The notes under the pieces are model-generated. The model had not been told where the DNA came from. It searched no databases and was given only the letters and a program-made list of their open reading frames with translations. This document shows positions 48,876-61,361 of a DNA stretch of 64,000 nucleotides, piece by piece. The position numbers and the translations under genes were made by a program. The first letter of the stretch is position 1, and each line of letters begins with the position of its first letter. This DNA is from Minutocellus sp. GHC0000111 (Eukaryota): contig OZ361258.1 of NCBI GenBank assembly GCA_977018835.1, forward strand, positions 2,852,001 to 2,916,000. Reading direction: 5' to 3'.

Positions 48876-50986
48876 GACGATCACTGGCGCATCACACGGA
48901 ACGTCAGGATTCAGCCTCATCGTCATCTTCCACCGGTGAAATGCTATGCACAGATATATCGCCCGACGACTTTACCAAGTATCTCTTGAACAAATCTGGC
49001 AATCAATCACGTGTGCCACAACAACTCCAACAAAATCATTACCATCAACAAGAGCACCAATACACAAACAATGCACCGACAGCCGTCGCCGCCGCTGCTC
49101 CTGCTACCTTCAATTCTTCGTCGCGGTGGTCTTCTCACCTACCCGAACTTCCACAACGAAAAGGTCGTATATCAGCCACAGCCCCAACAACGACGAACTG
49201 GTCAAGCTTTGGCGTGCACGATACCACCGACAAGAAAGGCGGAAGCAACATCCCCAACTGCAACCCTATCGATAATGGTAGGACAGCTCGTCGTTCCTTC
49301 AGTCTGGACTTCACTCCCAAGCGTCCACGCGAGGAGGAGCCGAGGGCAGGAACACAGGATGTAGGCCTAGGGCGTGATCTCGGCGACTATTACTCCGAGT
49401 TGCAGGCATCTCTCGCGGAGACGGCAGCTGCAGTCCAACGCGAGGAGGACGCCTACTTTCAGGCTGCTGGTCTTCCGCTCCATGAGTTGGAGGACCGTCC
49501 TTCAGTAGCAGCTGTAGATGCTTGTTCGAGGGCCAATGGTATCTCCAATAATAACAGCGTCGAGCAGCTGTTCTATTCTAGTTTGCCCAACCTCGGTGCA
49601 GCCTCACCAGCCATCACCGGCACTGGCGGCCACCAAGAAGATATGTTCCACAACAGTTTGCCAAATCTCGGCGAACAACGTCGGACAGTCGGTGTTCGCG
49701 GCGGCGAAGATCGCGACGCCAAAAGGAGGAGGATGCTCTTACAGAGCAGTCGGAAGGTTGTCAGTGAGCGTGCTCTGGGAAGTGAACCAATGTGCAATGT
49801 CCCGCAACGCAACATGTCATTTGCAGCGACATCCTCTCGAAATCAAATGGATAGTGTTGCTACTACTACCACCACTCTGCCTCAACCGACCCACCAGCAA
49901 GCCACGGCCTTCAACAACAACGAACAGTATTCCTTCGCACAGGGAAACAGCATCTACGCCGGAAGCGCACCTGCAGCTTCATTTCCTTCAACAACTTCTA
50001 CCGCCAAAATTGTTACTGCGAACCAAATGCAGATACAGGCGAACAGCAATATTCTCAATATGGGGGCAGCGATGCAAACCCAAAGTTTGTAGCAACCTAC
50101 GAATTTTCTTCAGCAGACGAATAGCGCTACTTCTAATGATTCCAATCCATTCCAGTCCTCAACGACAGCTCCCACCATGCATGTACCAACGGCAATGGCC
50201 TTTAGAACGAATCTACCGCCGATTCAAGAGAATTATGAAGCCTCGCAGCAATCTACCCCTGGTGACAAATCCACCCTTACGCCAGAGTATATTAGCCAGC
50301 TTCTCCATCAGCCAGAAGTACAACGTCATCAGCAAGAACTATTGCAGAACTTTTTACAGGCTATCCCGCCGCCCCCTGTCGCCACGGTGTCAACGCTCGC
50401 CCCCACTCCTCCTCCTGTCCAGACCACCGTCGGTGCTTCTACTTCCACTTCAACCCCCAGTCCAGCCCCTTTTCGTCACAATCCATTTGCAGCTGGCATC
50501 CCCTTGTTAGTAGGTCCCAGCGGCATTCCACCGCTTCAACAGCTCTATCTCCAACAAGATCTTCGCGATGAAATGGAACGAACACAGCAGGCCCAGAAGT
50601 TACACGAGCAACGTAGCATCACCAACACGTCTCCTCGAGGCCTGCCAACTCCCTTCACCGGGCAGGATATAGATATATCTCCCGATATAGAAATATCTCC
50701 CGGAAGTCTCAAGAAGAAGAGCGTATCTGTAGCCTTCGATGCGGTCCCCCTTCTACCACCTACGATACCTCTAAGCGACGCACTTGGTTCTTCCATGAAG
50801 GCCAGCCAAGATTCTCAGCAGAGCATCCATGACTGGGACCGGAAGATGGGCCTCCGCCGCAGTCACAGCAAGACCATGAGGGCCAGTTCGCGCTCGAGGA
50901 AGAAGCTGCAGGAGCTGCAAGCCATTCAGGATATGTTTGGCCTCGGGAATCTGGTGAAGAAGGAAGAGCGCGCTAAGATGGCATAA
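48491..50986 (+). CDS. Unknown Gln-rich protein with a basic C-terminal motif; single in-frame TAG at 50090-50092
   Basis: ORFs 48452-50092 and 50177-50986 share a frame with only this TAG between them. C-terminal SQQSIHDWDRKMGLRRSHSKTMRASSRSRKKL; CAG run at ~48823-48871. Confidence 0.65.
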
Positions 50987-51120
50987 TAGAACTAACAAGA
51001 TGGCACATGTCGACGCCAATAAGTGTAGAAATACTGAGTGTTGTTGATCCATATCGAAATGAAATCCTTGTAGGGATCCTTATCTATTTGATTTGGAAGA
51101 TAGAATTGCTATATAATACT

Positions 51121-52248
51121 CTACGTAATCTTGGCATTGCTGAAATCCATCTCCGGATGCTGCTTCTGAAATTGCTCGATGATGTCCAACTTCTTCTGCT
51201 CGTCGGCCGTCGGCAATCCCATCGCCTTCTGCCGTTGGTCGAACATCATCTTTTCGACCGTTTGTCGCGTTTCGCCATCCAAATCGCTCAGATTGCTGTT
51301 CTCCGGCTGGATTTTCGTAATGTCGATGGCATCGTCCCCGTCGCACACGGCATTCCACCATTCCATCTGGTTGAGCTTCTGCAGGTTGATGACCAGGCGG
51401 GTGCCGTCCTCCACGGTCCAGAAGGAATCGTCGACGATAACGGCTTTGGTGAGGGGAGCGTTGACGATGTATCCATCGTTGCCATCGTTGTTACAGCCAC
51501 CTTTGGCCCTGGCCACGTCGGCCTTGAGACCAACCTTGAGATGGTTCTTGGATATGACCACATCGAGATCTCGACCCCGGGTGGGCTGCTGCAGCGGAAC
51601 GACGACGTTGAGTTCTTGGAGCGTTTGGGTCCACACGTACTTGCCGGGGACGGTACCGCCGTTGCCAACCGGAGGCGGTGCGTCTTCGTCGTCGTCCTCC
51701 TTCTTTTCACTTCCATCGGTCTTTGGAGTTGCACCAGTGGAGGTACTTGCGGCGGTAGTAGCAGTAGTAGTAGCAGTAGCGGTATTTTTCTTTGCCTTGG
51801 GCTTCTCAGCAGCAGCAGTAGAAGCAGCCGCAGTAGAAGCAGCCGCAGTAGCAGCAGCCTTGGGCTTGGCATCGTCGGCCGCCGACGCATCGAAGCCATC
51901 GGCTCCGAGTTCAATCACATCCTCCTCCTCCTTCTTCTTTGGCTCTGCAGCCTTGGCCTTCTTCTTCTTGGCAGCTGCAGCAGCTGCTGCCTTCTCCTTC
52001 TTCTCCCGCTGTCTCCTCCGTCCCTCCTCGTAGATCTTCACGTGCTTGTCCAGCACCTCCTGCACCTTGGCCACGGCCGCGGCGCTTCCCTCGTCGGGGG
52101 CGCTTCCCGGTGGTCCTGCAAAGAAGTCAGTTTTGCGCCGGAGGAAGGAGAATACGGTGTCGAGCATAGGCTCGATGCCCCGGGTGGTCTGGGCCACGTT
52201 GAGGTACAGTCCGTCGAATCGCTCGTCGTCGGTGAATTGGGTGGTCAT
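51121..52248 (-). CDS. NUDC: Nuclear migration protein NudC (CS/p23 domain co-chaperone)
   Basis: ERFDGLYLNVAQ..FSFLRRKTDFF, YVWTQTL and PENSNLSDLDGETRQTVEKMMFDQRQK..HPEMDFSNAK. Confidence 0.95.
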   Translation of the reverse strand: MTTQFTDDERFDGLYLNVAQTTRGIEPMLDTVFSFLRRKTDFFAGPPGSAPDEGSAAAVAKVQEVLDKHVKIYEEGRRRQREKKEKAAAAAAAKKKKAKAAEPKKKEEEDVIELGADGFDASAADDAKPKAAATAAASTAAASTAAAEKPKAKKNTATATTTATTAASTSTGATPKTDGSEKKEDDDEDAPPPVGNGGTVPGKYVWTQTLQELNVVVPLQQPTRGRDLDVVISKNHLKVGLKADVARAKGGCNNDGNDGYIVNAPLTKAVIVDDSFWTVEDGTRLVINLQKLNQMEWWNAVCDGDDAIDITKIQPENSNLSDLDGETRQTVEKMMFDQRQKAMGLPTADEQKKLDIIEQFQKQHPEMDFSNAKIT

Positions 52249-52726
52249 GGTTGAAAAATGAGGGTGGTTGCAGTTACGGATGACTCGACTCGACTCGCTC
52301 GATCGACTGAAACAAGCAAAAATGAACGCGGCGAACTTGCTTGCTTGTGGAAGCAACCCCAAAATTTTGATGCGCCATCTTTTTCAAACCTGAAACCATC
52401 GCCAGGGCAGGGCCAGGCCATTGCATACCTAGGTAGGAAGTCCCCTCGAGTGCAATCCGCGGCCGGGCATAGTATCTGCTCTGTGGCATTTGTCATTGAT
52501 CCCTCTTGGGACACATTGTCCTCTCACTTTTAGCCAGCATTGTATATTGCTTTGTGCTAAGCCAAAGGCGGCGCAGCATTCATTTATTTGAATCCCGATC
52601 CATCCACGGGGGAGATTCATTCCTTCACTCCCAATCGAGAGACATTTGTTTTGGGTTACCTCCCATTTATCGGAATTTCGATCCCAATAAGTCAGTGAGC
52701 GCACTGAGCGATCCCAAGGTCACGTC

Positions 52727-55700
52727 ATGAGCGGGAGCGGCGGGGCGCGGTACTCGTTCTACACGCCCGGCGAAACAGAGACCGAGTCCACCAGCGCCAG
52801 CGCAGCATCAACTGCTGCCGATGCCGATGCCGAAGCCCCCCCCCGCCGTTGCGGCGGCCGCAGTGCCGTCAAATGCCGGGGACGGAAAGTCAAACGAACC
52901 AAACTCCGAGGTGGGGTCCAGCGCTGCCGCGGCGGCGACTGCCAGCAGCTCGGCCGGTACCAACAGCAGCAGTGCATCGGTGGCCGGCTCCGATGTGCCT
53001 CCGACCCTGACCGCCGAGGAGGAGGCGGCAGCCGCACCTGCAGTACCTGCTGCCGACCAGCCCGATTCCAATGACGGCGGCGCTGCAATAGCTGGCGACG
53101 AGGCAGCGGAATCTGCTGCATGCGCCGGTCCAGCAACAAGTGCGATGAACGGCAATGCGAATGCGAATGCAGCCGGAGCTTCGTCTGCCGTCGCCGACCA
53201 GCAACCTTCCACAACCAATGCTGTAGGTGCTGCCGATGGCACCGCCGATACTACTAGTAATGCCACCACGGCGGTGCAGTCCCCCCCGTCCCCGTCCAAG
53301 GTGGTGTACAGCTTCTACTCGTCGGGCGATCTCGATGCCATGCTGCTGCAGCAGCCGACCATTGCGGGGGAGAAGGAGAACAGCGCCAATGACGACAAGC
53401 CGCAAGAGGAGGAGGAGAAGCAGGAGCCGAAGGAGCACGAGGTCAAGGAGGAGGAGGAGGAGGAGCAGCAGCAGCAGCAGAGGGGCCACCGACCTCTCAA
53501 GCCTCGGTCTGGTCCGACGGCAAATGGTGACGATGACGATGATGTTGCTGGCCAGATGGAGCAGCTTGGTCTGGAGGACATCATCAACTCCGACGAGGAT
53601 GATGACGAGGAGGAGATTTATCAGCACGACGAGTACCAAGAGGACGACCAAGAGGACGCCCAAGAGGAGGAGGAGGGGGAAAGTGCCGAATCGATACTGC
53701 GCAAGCTGAGTCTGGAGGAGGAGCGGCTCAACCTCACCAAGAAGGAGTCCAAGGGGAATACGGCGGCGGCGGCGGCGACGGTGGTGCCGGCATCGGCCGA
53801 AATTTTGAGGGGGCTGCAGCAAACTCCCAGGCATCGCAACGTCGGTGTCGACGTGGACGCTGGCGTTGACTCCAATGCCCATGCCCATGCCAATGCCAAT
53901 ACCAATGCCAAACGCAAATCAGAGCAACGGCCACCTCCCATCGTGGCCAATGGTGGTACCAATGCTAACCTTGGCATGGCACCAACCTTGGTTCCCGCGT
54001 CGGCCATTGATGCCTTCGGTGCGCTGGCCGAGGACAACGACTACGGCGCCGCCCGCAGTCTGAGCGGGGTGCCGGAAGCGCAGGTGGAGATGGTCACCGA
54101 CGGCGGCAGCAGTGGGGGTGGCTCCAGTGCCGAGGATATTGTCCGGGATGCCCTCCGATTGGTCCGGCAGAGGGCGGCCGAGCGGAGACAATTGCGGCAG
54201 CACCACGAGGATACTGCCATGCATCACCATCAGCAGCAGGCGATGACGACGGCGACCCGACCGCAGGCTCAGGTACCGACAGGCACGGCTGCGATGGATG
54301 GAGGGCAGCAGCGGCAGCTCGAGCCACCACTGGAGCATGTCGGCGGGCCGACGGGAGTACCACCCCTGCCTCCGGCATCGGCACCGGTGCTGCAGGCGAC
54401 GCCGGGCCAATCATCCTTGCTCACCCCCATGGCGGATGTGCGGAAGCTGGTGTCCATCTCGTCGTCGGATATGTTCCGACCGCCTGTTGAGGCGACTCCT
54501 GGCCGGAGGGTTCAGCGCGCCGCTGAAGCCGAGGGGCGGCCTACCCTTCATCTTGCCGAACCAGTCATGAGCACATCGGCCATGACTCCCGGTAGAGGCG
54601 CGACGGCGAATACTCAGCAGACACAAATATCATCACAAGGAGGGCCGGCTCTTGTTTCAGAGGACGAAGCTCTGGAGCGGGTCTGGAAATGGTGCTGACC
54701 GCAATTTTGGAACAATCTCGTTCAGCTGGGAGCGGTCACGATGGTAGCGTCGTCGGAACCACAAATACTCTTGATGCGGTCGTATCCTCCCTCTTCAGAG
54801 GTGATGCGGGGCATCTGATGGACGACAGGTTCAGCCGACCGAGCCGTAGAACAAGCGCCGAGATTGGAGATGGTCCTGAGCATCACATTCAAAAGGGATC
54901 AGTTGCAGAGGAGCTCTTAGCGTCTAGCGTCGATGACGAGGTAGCACTTGCCCGAGACTCAATGGCAAGCCCATCGTCAATGCTCGTCGAATCAGCGACC
55001 TCTCCTCGACCAATGGACTTGTCTCACCTCGACACATCGGTCACTGCGCCAGGTGCAGATGTCTCGCGCGCATCGTCTACTTCGACTGGTGGCGGCGGTG
55101 GTGAAAAGCAAAGAGTTCTTGGCCGACTTAGCAAGGGCATGGGAGGCCGAACTGGTATCGTCTTGTCGGATGATGTAGATGTTGATACCGAAGAGGAAGA
55201 GGACGAGGAACAGAGCTTCGGTGCTGCCGTGGACTCTCACTCTCGCGGGACAGATCACTCTGATGATGCGGATCAATCAGATGAGCATTCGCAGGAAATC
55301 TACGAGGATGACGAACACTCCCCCAAGGATCAAGATATGTCCTCACCTGCATCATCTTCATCATTGCTTCGCTCTTTCAGCGACAAGATCGGACTGACAG
55401 CATCCGGATCATCTGTCAAAGAACAAAGATCGTACGATGAAGATGACGACGAAGATGACGATGATGTCGAAGACGATAGATTGGTACAGCGCGGCGCATC
55501 CTTCAGGGGCGAGAATGAAGAAGCCCATGCCTTGATGAGAATTCTATGTGCCCACCTGCTCCCCGTGGGACTTGCCATGTCAGCCAAGAAGAGCGAAACT
55601 CCAGATGGCTCTCCACTAAAGAGTTTTGGAAGCTGGCTCTCCAAGGGGTCGGCCAATCTGGACGAATCCGATGACGACCAAGATGAAGAGGAAGATTCGC

Positions 55701-57549
55701 TGGCAAATCCATCATGGGACGACGAAGATCCGGACGAACCAGGATATGTCGTCCATCGCCTCAGTACGGCGCAATTGCAGAGCGTCGAGAGAGAATTCCA
55801 GATAATGATCAACAGAGTTCGACAAACCTCAGAAAGGCGTTTGTTGGAGGGAGGTGGGGCGAAAGCAAGATCAGGCAGTGCTTCCAACCTCGGCCAAAAC
55901 AAGGACCGAGGCGCAGCGGCTCAGGATGATGATTTTGAACGTGACCTCGAGGAAGCCGAGGAACTTCTCGATCGAGAAGAACAACGCATTGAGGCCGAAC
56001 AAAAAGCTGCTGCCGCCGCAAATGTCAAACGAAAGAGCGCCAGTCCGATACCACCGCCCAGTGGCTCGATCGATGACAAGATTGACGCAAATAGCGATAG
56101 CAGTGACGACTCCTCGTCTGACGAGGATGATGACGACGACGATTCATCAGATGACGAGCCGGATTCAACCTCCGATTCTGGCTCAGATGTTGATGATAGT
56201 GTTGATATGGCTGAATGGAGTTCTCCCAACAAAGAGGGAGACGACCTTGCCAAGCTCGCTGGAGGATCCTCCACAATCCCTGCCCATTTGGCGGGAAATC
56301 CCAACTTCCCTCACGTCTACCCCTCAGGCCAGGGACGCTTAGGCGACATGGAGTTATTCCATCTCCCCATTATCTACAAGGCACACCAGACAGGTTTTGA
56401 GCCCACCAAGGATCTGGTCCTTGAGCCCGGCTCTGTATTTGCAGGACAGTACTTGGTCCAGAACGAGCTCGGAAGTGCAGCATTCAGCACGGCCTACCGG
56501 TGCATCGACCTGCACTCGGGCCAAATCGACGAGGATGGGGAGGAGTATCACGAGGAGGTCTGTCTCAAGGTCATTAAGAATACCAAAGATTTCTTGGACC
56601 AATCGCTGGACGAGATCAAGGTCTTGGAGCTTCTCCGCCGGACTGGACAATGCGAGCAGAATTGCATCGTCGAAATGAAGGCTTTCTTTACCACCGTGAG
56701 CATCTGGTCATTGTCAATGAGCTCCTTCGGCAGAACCTATACGAGTTTGGCAAGTTCATTATGGAGAATGACGAGCCCCCCTACTTCACCCGCCAGCGTC
56801 TGTGCTACATTACACGGCAATCACTCATCGCTTTGGATTTCATCCACAAGCTTGGGCTTATCCATTCCGATATCAAACCAGAAAACATTTTGCTAAGCTC
56901 CTACTCCCGAGCCAAAGTGAAGGTGATTGACTTCGGCAGTAGCTGCTATTTGACCGATCGTCAGAGCTCCTATATCCAGAGCCGTTCGTACCGTGCCCCC
57001 GAAGTTGTTCTTGGGTTGCCATACGATGGGAAGATTGATATTTGGTCACTGGGTTGTGTCGTTGCTGAGATGTACACAGGTCTGGTTACCTTCCAGAATG
57101 ATAGCGTCGTGAGTATGTTGAGTCGCATCGAAGCAATATGCGGAGCCTTCCCACGACACTTGATTGCCAAGGGCCGCCAAAGTGGCCAGTTCTTCACGGC
57201 AAGCGGTCTGTTGTATGAGAAGGCGGACCCCGACGACGAGTCCCACGACGCGTCCATGTCGTCCCACGAGGAAGACTCGTACAATATTTTCCAACCCAAA
57301 ACAACGACACTGGCAGCTCGGCTTGGTTTTGATCCCGATCTATTGGAGAAGACCGACCTCCAACCAGATGAGGAAGAGTGCGCCATGTTTGTTGACTTTG
57401 TGAGACAATTGCTCACGATCGATCCTGATGCTCGGCCAACCGCAGAGGAAGCTCTCCGACACCCCTGGATCCTCTCAAGTTATCAGTTGACGGAGGACGA
57501 CATCCGATATCCGCCCGAAGACGAAGAGTCAGAAGAGGAGGAAGACTAG
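52727..57549 (+). CDS. DYRK-family (plant/algal DYRKP-type) protein kinase with a long acidic N-terminus; three 1-bp frameshifts (~52840, ~54683, ~56688)
   Basis: TGFEPTKD..LGSAAFS, VCLKVIKNTKDFLDQSLDEIK, IHSDIKPENIL, IDFGSSC and SSYIQSRSYRAPE. The frames join as AEAPPAV, ERVLEMVL and AFFYHREHL. Confidence 0.88.
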
Positions 57550-57826
57550 TGACCTCACCACGAGTAACGATGCTAGAACAATAATTTTTGTATGCATTTT
57601 TCTATTTTTTATTTGTAGCTTACATGAAGTATACAGGCGTCGCTGTGGCCTGTCGTTTTGAGATCAATTGAGACCAAGACAGCCGAATGTTTGGCACTTC
57701 CAAAACCAAGCAAAAACCAAATGAATAGCGCCCACATGATTTCTGATGCTGGACCAGCCAAACGCTAGACTTCCCTCTCCCTCTCTCTCTCTTCCACATT
57801 TTTGTTGTGCCCAATGACTTGTGCAC

Positions 57827-58417
<591 letters not shown>

Positions 58418-58680
58418 TCAACCAATCGATATATGTCAACATTATATCAATGAACCACATTCAATTGCCAAACATTTATTCACATTCCGACATCGGCAGC
58501 ATATCAGTCGCATTTGCGTTTGGGAAGAACAAGAAGAATGGTGTGTAAGTATGTGCGACGTCTGAAATAATACGATCTTGCACATAAATATGCCATGTGT
58601 CGCTTGTTTGTCCATCATCATTCACTTCTTTCACATCTCTTGACGTTCCTCTTCTCTCTCTTTTTTGTTTCACACATTCA

Positions 58681-59082
58681 CCCATTGCATGTGCCTTTGG
58701 ACTGATTGTCGTATTAATTCTTGGTGTTGCCTTAGGTGTTGGTTTGGCACTAGGTCTGCGTAACAACAACAATGTTGGAGGTGATGAGGTAGACTCCCAG
58801 AACACCGATGATCCATTCCAGCCCCGTCCGACTCCTGCGCCGACACCTCGTCCCACGTTCTCGGATATGACCGTACTTTCTGCACCAAGAAGTGATATTT
58901 ATGACGCCTGTGATTTGCTTTCAGTATTGCAGGGTGGTACAGAGAATAGATGCCGCTCATTGTGTGACATTGCAGTTCGATGCTGCAACGAAGACACGCC
59001 AAGGTTTTGCAAGAATGATAACAGGGATGTGTGTGATGAGTATTTCGGTCCCTGTGTTGCCTTGGAAGTTCTCGGGGATTGA
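58681..59082 (+). CDS. 3' part of a single-pass membrane protein with a Pro/Thr linker and Cys-rich ectodomain; 5' end unresolved
   Basis: TM LIVVLILGVALGVGLALGL, PRPTPAPTPRPT, seven Cys in the C-terminal ~60 aa; GTAAGT donor near 58546 and a pyrimidine tract upstream. Confidence 0.55.
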   Translation, partial: PIACAFGLIVVLILGVALGVGLALGLRNNNNVGGDEVDSQNTDDPFQPRPTPAPTPRPTFSDMTVLSAPRSDIYDACDLLSVLQGGTENRCRSLCDIAVRCCNEDTPRFCKNDNRDVCDEYFGPCVALEVLGD

Positions 59083-59104
59083 TAGGAGAATGGAATTGAT
59101 GACA

Positions 59105-59390
59105 AAGTGGGCAACCGTTGATATAGACACACTCTATGCGATACCCTCATATTATTATACAGTGCCATTGGCATGCATGAAAAGTTATTTAGAGACGTAA
59201 GGACATGCTTTTGAATTTATACATTAAAAATAGCAAGATTAAGTTGAAGTGGGCAACCGTTGATATAGACACACTCTATGCGATACCCTCCTATTATTAT
59301 ACAGTGCCATTGGTATGCATGAAAAGTTATTTAGAGACGTAAGGACATGCTTTTGAATTTATACATTAAAAATAGCAAGATTAAGTTGAA
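59105..59390. repeat. 142-bp tandem duplication between convergent 3' ends
   Basis: AAGTGGGCAACCGTTG at 59105 and 59247; two mismatches seen. Confidence 0.92.
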
Positions 59391-59397
59391 ACTTTTA

Positions 59398-61077
59398 TCA
59401 ATAATACTTCTTGCCCTTTCTCGAGGCACGTTGATAGGCAGATGAGAGAGGCGGAGGAGAAAGAGCATCCGCTGGTGTTACTTCGCCTCTAATAGACACG
59501 CTTAGCAGATTTCCAACCTCCTCATTGGTCAAATCACCACGTCCAAATAAGTAGGCACATTTACAGGCAATTGCTTCCACAGTCATATCGTTGGCAGAGA
59601 CGACACCAGCCCTTTCCAATGCTAAACCTGTTGCATAATGCCCCATCATGACACTACCAGTGAAACATTGAGTGCTCGCCACAACAAGTATTCCCTTCTC
59701 TCGCGCATCACTCAGGATTTGAATAAAGTCATCCTTGACAGAGGGCACATTGCCAGTGCCGTATAATTTCAAAACGAGTGTCTTCAACGAGCCGCTCTCA
59801 TATCCTGATTGAATAAGTACTTTAATCATACCATCGTCAAACCCAGGGACCAAGCGAAGAGTGAGGAGACGAGTATCCATTTCCGAATGTACGCGCAGGG
59901 CACCACGCGGAGGAGGCAATATCAAATGTTCATTCTCATCTATCGTGATACCAATTTTCGCCAACGGGTCCATCTTTGGACTATCAAACGCCAGCAACCG
60001 ATGAGTGTTGACTTCGGTTGTACGACATGCGCGAAGCAAACGGTCATGGAAGAAGATGGAGACCTCATTGATGGTATCTCTAGAGGCGAATATCAAAGCC
60101 ATGATTAGGTTCCTACGGGCATCGTTGTACGGTTCGCAGAAGGGTATCTGACTGCCTGTGAACACCACTGGCTTTCCAAGATTCTCCAGCATGAAGGACA
60201 GGGCGGTAGAGCAGTACGCCATAGTGTCCGTCCCCATCAACACCACAAATCCATCAAAGTGCAAGTAATTGGCCTTGATATCATTCGCAAGAACAGCCCA
60301 GTCCGGTGGTCCTAGATCAGACGAATCATAGAACGGAGTGTATTCGTGACATACCACTTCCGGCATGTTTTGATTGTTGAGCTCCTTCATTTCCTTCATG
60401 TACGCCGTCACAGCACCCTCCACTGGTGCAAGAGCACCACCTCGTTCTGGATCGGGTGCCATCGTTAGCGTTCCGCCAGTACAGAGCACCAGCACTCGCT
60501 TTCGTCTCAATCGTTCAAATTCATTGATGGGTATTTCCGGTATAAAGATATCGGACTCATCGGGATGGATCATTTTCGTCAAGCCCTCGTCGGTGTTGCT
60601 CTCACGAAGCAGTTCGTCGTCATCCAAGAAGTGCTCTTCGGCAGTCATCCCATCACCGTACAATGATCCTGCCGGAGATTGCAAAGCCTTGGACAAGATG
60701 CTGGGGTCGAGGAAGTGGGTGCGTCGTCGACGTGAGTAGGAACGAGGTCGAATCTTGACGGGTGGTGTGTCGGTTTCGCCGTCGCCATCACGATCGCCAC
60801 CAATTTTGCCTTCCGGTTCGGATCCGATCCAACGCACGCGTGTGACACCATTTTGATTTGCTCGGGAGGGAATAGTATTGGACATGCCGCCACCATTGTT
60901 GCCTTCTGATTCGGATCCGATCCAACGCACGCTTGTGACACCATTTCGATGCGCTTGGGAGGGAATGCTGTTGGACATGCCGACACCACTTGCGGTGGCT
61001 GTCGCTGATCGCCAGGCATGCGATGCGATATTACGCGCGATAAGGGACCGCGAAGCACTTGCGACAATTGCATTCAT
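59398..61077 (-). CDS. L-asparaginase type I with a mitochondrial-type presequence
   Basis: LCTGGT, DSSD, MGTDTMAY, VVFTGSQIP and YGTGN; Arg/Ser/Ala-rich N-terminus MNAIVASASRSLIAR. Confidence 0.92.
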   Translation of the reverse strand: MNAIVASASRSLIARNIASHAWRSATATASGVGMSNSIPSQAHRNGVTSVRWIGSESEGNNGGGMSNTIPSRANQNGVTRVRWIGSEPEGKIGGDRDGDGETDTPPVKIRPRSYSRRRRTHFLDPSILSKALQSPAGSLYGDGMTAEEHFLDDDELLRESNTDEGLTKMIHPDESDIFIPEIPINEFERLRRKRVLVLCTGGTLTMAPDPERGGALAPVEGAVTAYMKEMKELNNQNMPEVVCHEYTPFYDSSDLGPPDWAVLANDIKANYLHFDGFVVLMGTDTMAYCSTALSFMLENLGKPVVFTGSQIPFCEPYNDARRNLIMALIFASRDTINEVSIFFHDRLLRACRTTEVNTHRLLAFDSPKMDPLAKIGITIDENEHLILPPPRGALRVHSEMDTRLLTLRLVPGFDDGMIKVLIQSGYESGSLKTLVLKLYGTGNVPSVKDDFIQILSDAREKGILVVASTQCFTGSVMMGHYATGLALERAGVVSANDMTVEAIACKCAYLFGRGDLTNEEVGNLLSVSIRGEVTPADALSPPPLSSAYQRASRKGKKYY

Positions 61078-61361
61078 GTTGGCGACTCTACAGTAGCCGC
61101 CAACGGAGCGCCATGGTATGGTGGCGGTTGCGCCACTTGCCGAGTTCTGGCTGGCAAAACAATTCCGATGACGTCGAAATGATGCGAAATCGAATCTGAA
61201 GCAAACCGCCGTTGCGTCGTTGCGTTGGCCTCGTTGCTGGCGGGGCTCATTCATTCCATTGACGAGCGGTTCAAAAGTAGCAAGTAATCCCTCGCTTCCG
61301 CTCCCGTGTATAAACTGATCGGCATCCAGCCTCCGCGTACTAGAAATTTCTAGAAGCGAAA

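Noticed and set aside
16087..50092. TAG reassigned to an amino acid (two in-frame TAGs)
   Set aside because: TAG ends several genes at their expected C-termini (OTU 4821, ArsC 30850, NudC 51121, kinase 57549), so it is a normal stop.
51007..52254. Long antisense ORFs (also 7393-8565, 20072-21064, 52890-53888, 57821-58453)
   Set aside because: They are shadows of GC-rich, codon-biased genes on the opposite strand and have no motifs.
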